A stretch of 58,438 nt of DNA, filler included, from Sphacelaria rigidula (taxonomy: Eukaryota), in assembly GCA_964200075.2 (NCBI GenBank). It is 7 parts of 7 records of this genome, joined end to end, with 100 filler letters (N's around TTAATTAATTAA, not from the genome) between each part and the next. Parts side by side here need not be neighbours in the genome. Positions count along the whole stretch, not along the records: positions 50,177 to 58,438 come from CAXNAA020011735.1; 6 more parts are not named here. One strand, given 5' to 3'. A program made the translations under genes and the position numbers. The notes beneath the pieces are model-generated. The model was not told the DNA's origin. It ran no database searches and worked only from the letters and a program-made list of their open reading frames with translations. Shown piece after piece: positions 50,683 through 58,438 of this stretch; the stretch's first letter is position 1; each line of letters opens with the position of its first letter.

Positions 50683-52107
50683 TTGTTACAGGAGACCCGT
50701 GACGTTCACTCTGTTTCACGCGCTGTAGTGGCATTAAGAAAATCGCCTCTCCGGATGCACCATATTCTCTGTAGTTGCAAAATCGTTACCTGCTCGAAGA
50801 TGGGCATGGTTGGTGATGATTTTGCCGCATTGTATAAGCCGTAAAAGGATCGTTGAAATAGTGGAAGAAACCCTCAAAAACTGCACGTAATTCGATGATT
50901 GTCATTATCCATACTTGTGCGTAAGTGCGATCCCCAACTTGTGCATCAGTTCGTTAGTGTGTGTGTTGAATCACTGCACCACACGAACAAGCATATCCTC
51001 GTTAGCTGAGGCGAGACTAGAGTGCTGCAGTAAGTAGTGACGACACAGCTTCACTACGGGAGTACCGAGCACTATGCGTACATAGCTGGTATTCACCCTG
51101 TCGTGTCGCTGCGTGGATTTTACGCAACCCACACGCCGTAGTGTAGCCAAAGGCATCTCAACAGCGGCTGCTCGCGAGGTCGTTGTGTGCAGCACTTCGG
51201 TGCTCTTTCTGCCGCCCGCTTGCTAGGTCCACATGGCGTCTCGCACGCGGCGGTCAGGGTTTTTTGACAGCCGGCTCCAGTCCTCGATAGCGCACGGGCA
51301 GCGAGCAACCCATCAAAAATATGAAACACGGGGTCGGCTTGAGTTTGTGTTGGTCGCCGGCTGTGCTGTGCTGTACTTGATTGAGAGAGGGTCAACTGGG
51401 GACTCTGTGGTCAATCAAGGATACTTTTTTATTTTTCGCGAGTGCGTTAATTTGCGCAATTTTGATTGTTCCTGTCCGTTTGCTAGGTCCACGTATGCAT
51501 GCTGTTTGTGCACATGGCCGCCAGGGATTCGATTTGCCGGTCCAGGCCTCCTCCGCGGGCAATGCGCAATTCATCAGAGCGTATAATGCTTGCTCACTTG
51601 AAGTTGGCTTGTTCTCGACCTGCTATGCTGTGCTGAATCGATTGTGATTGGGAGAGGGGCACCTGGCGGCTCCGCATTTCTCATGTTCGCGTGATCCTTT
51701 TGGGATCCAGACTCAACTAACACGCAAAAAGCGCGTTTCGCTGGCTGGTCTCGTGAAGGGTAGAGAGTTACGCACGTGATGAAAATCTCTCAGCGATTAA
51801 AACGCGCGCATTGGAAAAGCGTGCGGCCGGTGTATATGTCCTAGATCGGCCACAGTCAGTACTACAGTAGTACAGTGTAGTAGTAGAACACAGCACAGCA
51901 CAGTACCGCACAGCACAGCACCGCACCGCACCGCGCCGCAGAGTACAGTCTTTCATATGCCCATATGCAGCTAACCCCGTCACCGACACACCTCGACTTC
52001 CAGCTCAATATATCAGGGTAGCAGCGACGTGTCCTGGCGAGGTGATCGTGGGCCCAACCAAGAACACGCTCCGGTCCAGTACGCTCCACTCAGGACGTAC
52101 AGTATAT

Positions 52108-52109
<2 letters not shown>

Positions 52110-52151
<42 letters not shown>

Positions 52152-52208
52152 CGCACTTTCACTTACTCCCCAGGGGTCCATCCGTGGTCTCATGATAGAC
52201 GTACCCAA
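52110..52208 (-). mobile_element. Retroposon 3' end with (CAAT)n tail
   Basis: Reverse complement reads gggtacgtctatcatgagaccacggatggacccctgggg...aagtgcgacaatcaatc... Confidence 0.75.
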
Positions 52209-55200
52209 CAAAAACGAAACTGAAACACGCTCTCTACATATGCGGAGGAATATGCAAGCCGAATCCATGTTCGCCCGAGTTTGGGTGCGGTAGTTGTTGC
52301 TGGCGGCATGTGACCCTCATCATCTGCTGCCAGCCGCGGCTCAGGCGGAGACAAAGAAGCGGCAGACTCTGCCATTATTGCTGCGTATTGCAATCGTTGG
52401 GTACTGGCGGTTCCCCCCAGCTGATTTTTCATGTTCGTACAAGAGGCGTGTTTTGCTGTGCCTTTGTGTGTTGGGAGTGGGGGGGGGTCTGCAGAGGCGT
52501 TTTTTTCTAGGGATTTTCCCCTTCTCAAGGATCGAATGATGACTTGATCATCCTCCAGAACTTTCAACAGTCTCCCTCATCATCATCAAGTAATTTTGAT
52601 CTCGGAAAGACCAATGTCGCCTAAGCAAGCACCACATCCGCGTGTTTGTTTGCCCCTCTTTCTCTCTCCCTCTCTCTCTCTGTAGGATGACTTTATTATT
52701 ATTGAATGGGGACATTTTCACACCTCGTCACGTGTGTCCCCTGTTTGAACGGGAAACACAACGATGTCCGTTTTTTTTTTTGTCGCTGGCCGCGTCATAA
52801 AACTACTCGCTGCTGATGTGATCGGTTTTACATCACCCGCGAAAAATAAAGTGAAAAAAAATGGCATCATCAAGACTACATTCATATGGTGCAAACACAG
52901 GGTGGGACCCAAAAGTGTTACTCCATGTGCGGTGCCGACCGTACAGCCGGTACAGGCAATCCTTTTCTGCGAGTTTTCAAGCAATGCATAGAGTAGACAA
53001 CCCCGTCGGGACATCAGCAGCGGGGCCACTATGTATCGGTGTGGATGGGTTTCAGAGCGGCGTCACGGGGAGCAACGCTGTTTAATACATGGATCATAGG
53101 GAGGTATCATAGATATGAACATTCGCTGTAACTGCGTTCAAGTAACTGAAATGCCGTCCTCGTGGCTGGCACCTTGCACCGCACGACAATTTCACAATCA
53201 ACAGAGTTTCCCTTGGCAACACCACAGGCATCCAATGCAAGCATCACACACGCCGTGATATTTTTTGTTTTACATACGTAAGTAGCCATTTATAGTTTTC
53301 TTGTGTTTTTTCTTCTCTTCTTTTTCCTTGTATCTTTTTTTCTTTTCTTTTCTTTTCCTTCCTTTTCTCCTCTTTCCTCCTCTTTTTTTCTGTTTATTTT
53401 CCTAGTTTTCCATTTTCTGTTTCCTTCACTTCTCTTCAGCTAGTGTTTCAGTGTTTCTGTCCAGGGTACGTCCATCATGTGCAGCATGATGATCACGGCT
53501 GGATCATGACCCCTGGAGGATCAATTAAAGTGCGACAATCAAATAGAAGATTAATCAATCAAATCCTGCGTTGTTTTTGTGGCTGATAGAGTGGTACGAA
53601 TAGGGAGAATGAATTATGTCGCCAGTAATCAAGGTGCTGATGAAGACATGTGGTGTGGGTTGGTCATACAAATATCCCCCTCAAGATTACTCGAAGAAAT
53701 GACCCATGCATGTACAAGAGAGCACAGCGGGGTTCTTCGATTCTATGCAGGATCCTTGCGTTAACCCTGACTGCTTGCATGATACATGATCGATCCTGGC
53801 AATCACGACATGCCCGTGGGCTCTCAATGTGTTCTCTACTCGTAGCACACGAGAGACGCGCCTTGGCTGTCTGAAGGAGAAAGAGGGAGAGGAGTCGGAT
53901 AAAGGGTGTACGATGAGCGGTGAGGGTCAGGTGCAAGAACCCGATGACGGAGCATGCAGACTGTCCCTTGAATATTCGTGTTTCAATCTTTGTTCGCCTC
54001 GCTAAAACTTTTTAGGATCTACCGACCTCCACAGGCGATTTCATGCCTTGATGTTTTCCATGATGTGCGTTCTCCGTGAGTGCCCTGCGTTCGTTGTGTG
54101 TGTATCAGAGCACCGCAATCAACGCTGCGTACATGAAATGTGGAGAGATGTACGATGGATTGACGTCTCTCTGTGCGTGCAATTAATTTTCCCACTTCTG
54201 GAATTGGCCCTGATACAAAAAAAATAATGAAGGTTTCGACTTTTCCATGATCACAAATATTGTCTTGTGTATCGTCATCATTTTTTTTCTCAGATGGAAA
54301 TTATGCAGCTGGCATGGAGTCGGATGGTCATAAAGGTGAACATGAATGTGAACACGGCCTGTGGGAAAAAAACAAAAATGAACATTTTCTTGTAGAAGTG
54401 TAGGTGTACCCCTGCCACCGTGGGTCCGAGAAATGTATGGAGGTAACGTGATAGCATCAGCAATTATGATCTTGTATTTTGGCCACCTCTTATGATAACG
54501 GCATACATATTCATGCATATGTTCACGTTTTCCAAAAAGCACACTGTGGCAATTCAGCACCGGTTTTCGCCAGAACGATACGGATCTTATCGGATTGCGC
54601 CACCTTGGAGACTATAATAGTTGTACTCTCCGAGAGGATTCCAGCGCCCGTTTCCCATCTCTCATGCACCTGGTTTGACTTTTGGGCGGAGAAAATGACT
54701 TCTCAAATAGTGTAAAACCAAAATAAAACGTTTTTGGGGTTTTTCTCTGAGAGAAAACCACAAGAGAAAACCACACATTTGTTTTAATTGCTTGAAAAAG
54801 CATTGGTTTGACCAGAAGTCAAGCTTAGCGCATGAAAGGTCCAGAAAATATGCTAGCACTCGCACGGATGGTGCAGCGAGTTTTTCCGAGGTGGCACAAT
54901 CCGCTCAGCCCTGGATTCTGGCGAGAATCGACCTTGGATCACCAAAATATGCTTTTCTTACGTAGTTCTTTAAAAAAACATAAGAAGCGGCCTCGTTATT
55001 ATTCATTCATGTTATTTACAAGAATTTTCACATTTTCCGTACCCATGCATGGCGACCGAAGAAGAAATAAACAAAGAAAAAAAGTTCTGACGATGGGTAG
55101 GGGAATATTCTTCGGAGCAGAAACTCTTCACATTCCCCCACCTGTCGACGGCGCGAGAAGGAATAATTCAGGAATACAGAATCGGGGGCTGCGCTAGGAA

Positions 55201-55435
55201 GTAGAGTGCGCGTAGTGCTGAAATTGTCATTTGATAATCGTTGTGCTTTCTTATCTTCCTCGTTGTCGTCGTAGAGTGTGGGAGATGTTTCGCATCACCA
55301 TCATCAACGGCAAGGATTGCAATATAAACCACCACCTCCACCACCATGGCAAATGACCGTTGCCCCACGCTTGTGCTGCTGTGTTGTCGTGGTTATGGCT
55401 TTTGCTGTTGCTATCGCTGTTGCCGATCGTCGCAG

Positions 55436-55708
55436 GTTGAGAAGGGAATGGCGACCCCTCCGAATGGAATGCGTAAGAAGTCAAAAGCCGCGAAGACCGG
55501 GCGGGAGGTGTCGACGGCGAAGCAGCTGTCTGGGCTGTGCAAGAGGGCGATACAAGCGTTCGAGAGTCATCCGGGTACCGGGATGATGGTGGAGTATACC
55601 CACATTCCCGAGGGCATTGTGGATACGGTGATGCCTCACCATTTCAAGGTGGACGTGTCCGCCGTGGAACATGAGAAGATGATGTCGGCAACACAGAAGT
55701 ACTCGAAG
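55436..55708 (+). CDS. Exon of a probable P-loop sulfotransferase-like protein (C-terminal half)
   Basis: cag|VEKG...AKQLSGLCKRAIQAF..GMMVEYTHIPEGIVDTVMPHHF..MMSATQKYSK|gtgagg; 91 codons, phase 0; family call is from recalled motif pattern. Confidence 0.6.
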
Positions 55709-56708
55709 GTGAGGAGCGCACAAGCCACTGAAGTCGGTGCGGGATATGAGTACCGCACCATTTAGTACTTACTCCAGGTACTCCCCTGGTATACTCGATA
55801 TATGCATACTTCCTGAGTCGATACAGTACCCCGGAAAATTACTCGGTATTCATGGGAATCAAAATCTCGTCCGAGGGATCCTGGGATACCGGAACACGGG
55901 GAACTCACGTCAGTACGTACGACAGTGCGATCAAAATCATTTGATCAGAAGTCCGATCCGCTGTACTACTTAATAGCAAGTGATTGCCCCTTTACCAGTA
56001 CAGTGTGTGAAGTCCAAGCATAGTGCGACCATATATCGAGCTGGCGACCCACCGCACTTTGCTGGGATCTCTACTGCTAGAGTGGAGATTTCCTGTGCAC
56101 GCAGGGTGGGCTGAGGTGCGGTATAAGGTATACCTTACCCGAACCCCCCTTTTGTAAACTCCCTACTACTCGCCACATGAATGGAATCGAAAAATATTGT
56201 AAAAATGTGCACGGTACGTTTTTTTCTGGCGTTACGCGAGTCTGCCCCCCTAACCCCTAGACAGTATCCCACGGAAGGGCATTCTCCACGACTAACAGCT
56301 CGCAAGCTGTCTGGTCCCCAGGGAGAGACTAAAAAATAACCAAGTCAAAGAGTTATCACCCACCATTTCATGGGTGTCCCACGACAAACCCACGCACGAG
56401 CCCAGACTTGACAACTAGAGCGTCGACACAGCGCCCGCACTACTGTAGCCAGTCTTCTTTCTGTGCGACCATTGTCCTCGTGGATTGAGGCAGATATGCC
56501 AGATGATGCATGCTCGTCGATGGATGGAACAAGTATAGTATTTGTGATCCAAACAGATGAGATACGAAGGAGAATCAATCTGAAATATGTTGCGGTATTC
56601 CGCCGTGGATTTTTTTTGTGATTCCATGAAACAAGATGACAATGCCGACTACAATTGTTTTTTTACGTTCCTTATTTTTTTTCAGCGAATGTTTCAGTTC
56701 TGTTTATC

Positions 56709-56765
56709 TTGGGTACGTCTATCATGGGACCACGGCTGGATACCTGGGGGGTCAGTTTAAGTGCG

Positions 56766-56838
<73 letters not shown>

Positions 56839-56878
56839 TAATCAACCAATCAATCAATCAACCAATCAATCAATCAAT
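56709..56878 (+). mobile_element. Retroposon 3' end with long (CAAT)n tail, intronic
   Basis: gggtacgtctatcatgggaccacggctggatacctggggggtcagtttaagtgcga+(caat)n. Confidence 0.8.
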
Positions 56879-57148
56879 AAAAAAACAGTCTATTGTCAAC
56901 ATCGGAATTGATTACGGACAAGGCACTCTTTTTTATTATTCTTTTTCTTCTCCTTCGTTCGGCAGATTATTGAACAGAAATGAAATAGGTCATGTTCTTG
57001 TTGTCCGTACGTCAGATACACACCTTACGTACATATCAAGTACACATCCAACATACATGTATGCATACACATTTTTTTGTCATTTCTCCCATTTTGGATA
57101 ACAACAAAAGCAAGAATAAAACAAACATCCACCATGAACGAAACGCAG

Positions 57149-57316
57149 GTGGCAAGTTTCCAGAAAAAGGATAAACCAGATGCCAAGTTCGTGGAAGATA
57201 CCGGAACCAAGCACGATGCCGCCTCCCTCGCCGTCACGGAAGCCGCGCAGCAGTTCCTCTACCCCGACTACTACAAGCTCAAAAGTATGGAAACGTGGCA
57301 TGTGTTGGGGCAATGA
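57149..57316 (+). CDS. Terminal exon of the same gene
   Basis: cag|VASFQKKDKPDAKFVEDTGTKHDAASLAVTEAAQQFLYPDYYKLKSME...stop; in phase with the 55708 donor. Confidence 0.6.
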   Translation: MASFQKKDKPDAKFVEDTGTKHDAASLAVTEAAQQFLYPDYYKLKSMETWHVLGQ

Positions 57317-58438
57317 TGGATGCATAAAAATGGGAATGAGAAAATGGATCAAATCTATTGTCCTCCTGTACACTGCCGTCCAGCCTCTCGAGGGCGACGG
57401 GGGAGAGGCGGGGCGGGAGGGACTGCTTTCCCCCCTCCCCCCCTTCCCCGGTGCCGTGGAAATCTGAAAGTGACAGAGGGGGCGCTGACTGCAGGGTGTC
57501 GAAGTGGTATGCTTAGTCCCGTTCATCGGGAGTTCACATCGCATCCCCACATAATGTCCGGATGCTGGGAGGCGGTACGATGGAGCGGATGGAGGGGGGG
57601 GGGGAAGGTATCTCGGATGAGTGGCGAGTGTGAATCGTGTTGGTGTGTGTGTTTTTGGAGTGGTTGCTTTGGCCTTATCGGTAGGGTGCCGCAGGAAGTG
57701 TTGGGCGGTTCATTCATGAAAGTAAAGGTTCCCTTCCTACATGAGTTTCGGACATTAGGTTCGAATCCGTGCGTTTATGGGCTGTAGGCGGTGTGGTGAG
57801 ACTGGTTGGCTGGCCTGTCGGGGTGTGCTCGTAGGGAAAGGTGCCTTATATCTCCCCCTCCCGCCGCACCCTCTCTCGTCCAGTTGATTTCCGTTCGTTT
57901 GTCATGCCTCTCTGTTATAAAAAAGAAGAAGGGAAAAGACGTTGCCGAGAAAAGTATTTTTCGGGGCGCTTCGGGTTTGGCCAAAGTACGGGTCGGGGGG
58001 AGAGGGGGGGGCGGGGGAGCTCGTCTTGTGGTCACGAAGGAGGTAGAAATTTATTTTCGCTTTTTTTTGTGTGAAATTTTTTGCGAAGGCAATTCACATT
58101 TTTTTTTAAGGCTAGGGCTTTTTTTTTCTTCATTTATCGCAAACAGAACACGCAGAAAATCGTTACAGAATGACATATAGAAAAAAACGAAAAAAACGAA
58201 AAAAACGTTTTTTTTTTTGCTTCGTTCGGTATACTTTCTGGATCGCATGTAGTAGACTAACTTCTCTCTTTTCGTTTCAACCCTTGGAGATAGACATAAC
58301 CTGCTGAATTGACAGATAGTTGAGAAAAAATGGATTTTTCCGAGAGCTGATCGTAGTCTCTTCCGGGCTGGCCTTTCGTGTTATTCCCTACTTTGCAGTA
58401 CTTTTTGTTCGCTGATCATATCATTGACCGTTACAGTG

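Noticed and set aside
50177..53290. Minus-strand gene from fragments at 50177-50275, 52260-52600 and 53107-53289
   Set aside because: Possible exons, but no consistent splice model or recognisable domain.

Overview
This is eukaryotic, intron-rich, repeat-rich DNA at roughly 50% GC. Its style suggests a brown alga (Phaeophyceae), which is an inference. The window is not one locus. It is seven contigs of 8262-8263 bp joined by identical 100-bp linkers (N44-TTAATTAATTAA-N44), so no gene-neighbourhood argument holds across a linker. Contig 1 (1-8263): a spliced minus-strand gene with TRAF/XAF1-like and RanBP2-type zinc fingers. Contig 2 (8364-16626): decayed, unassignable coding-like DNA plus an inverted repeat. 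Contig 3 (16727-24989): one long low-complexity exon, then nested inverted repeats containing tRNA-like Pol III motifs and a 98-bp TTAA-flanked piggyBac-type MITE. Contig 4 (25090-33352): a multi-exon Ser/Thr kinase pseudogene that the ORF track does not show as a gene. Contig 5 (33453-41714): two exons of an Hsp70/Hsp110-like gene, then repeats and a near-perfect 73-bp hairpin. Contig 6 (41815-50076): a decayed Ty1/Copia element in permuted order (pol, probable LTR, gag) with retroposon insertions. Contig 7 (50177-58438): repeats and the last two exons of a sulfotransferase-like gene. I found no convincing new multi-gene system. The best leads are the tRNA-containing foldback repeat, the intron-retaining kinase relic, the hairpin and the permuted Copia. 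All family assignments are by eye, without database searches.
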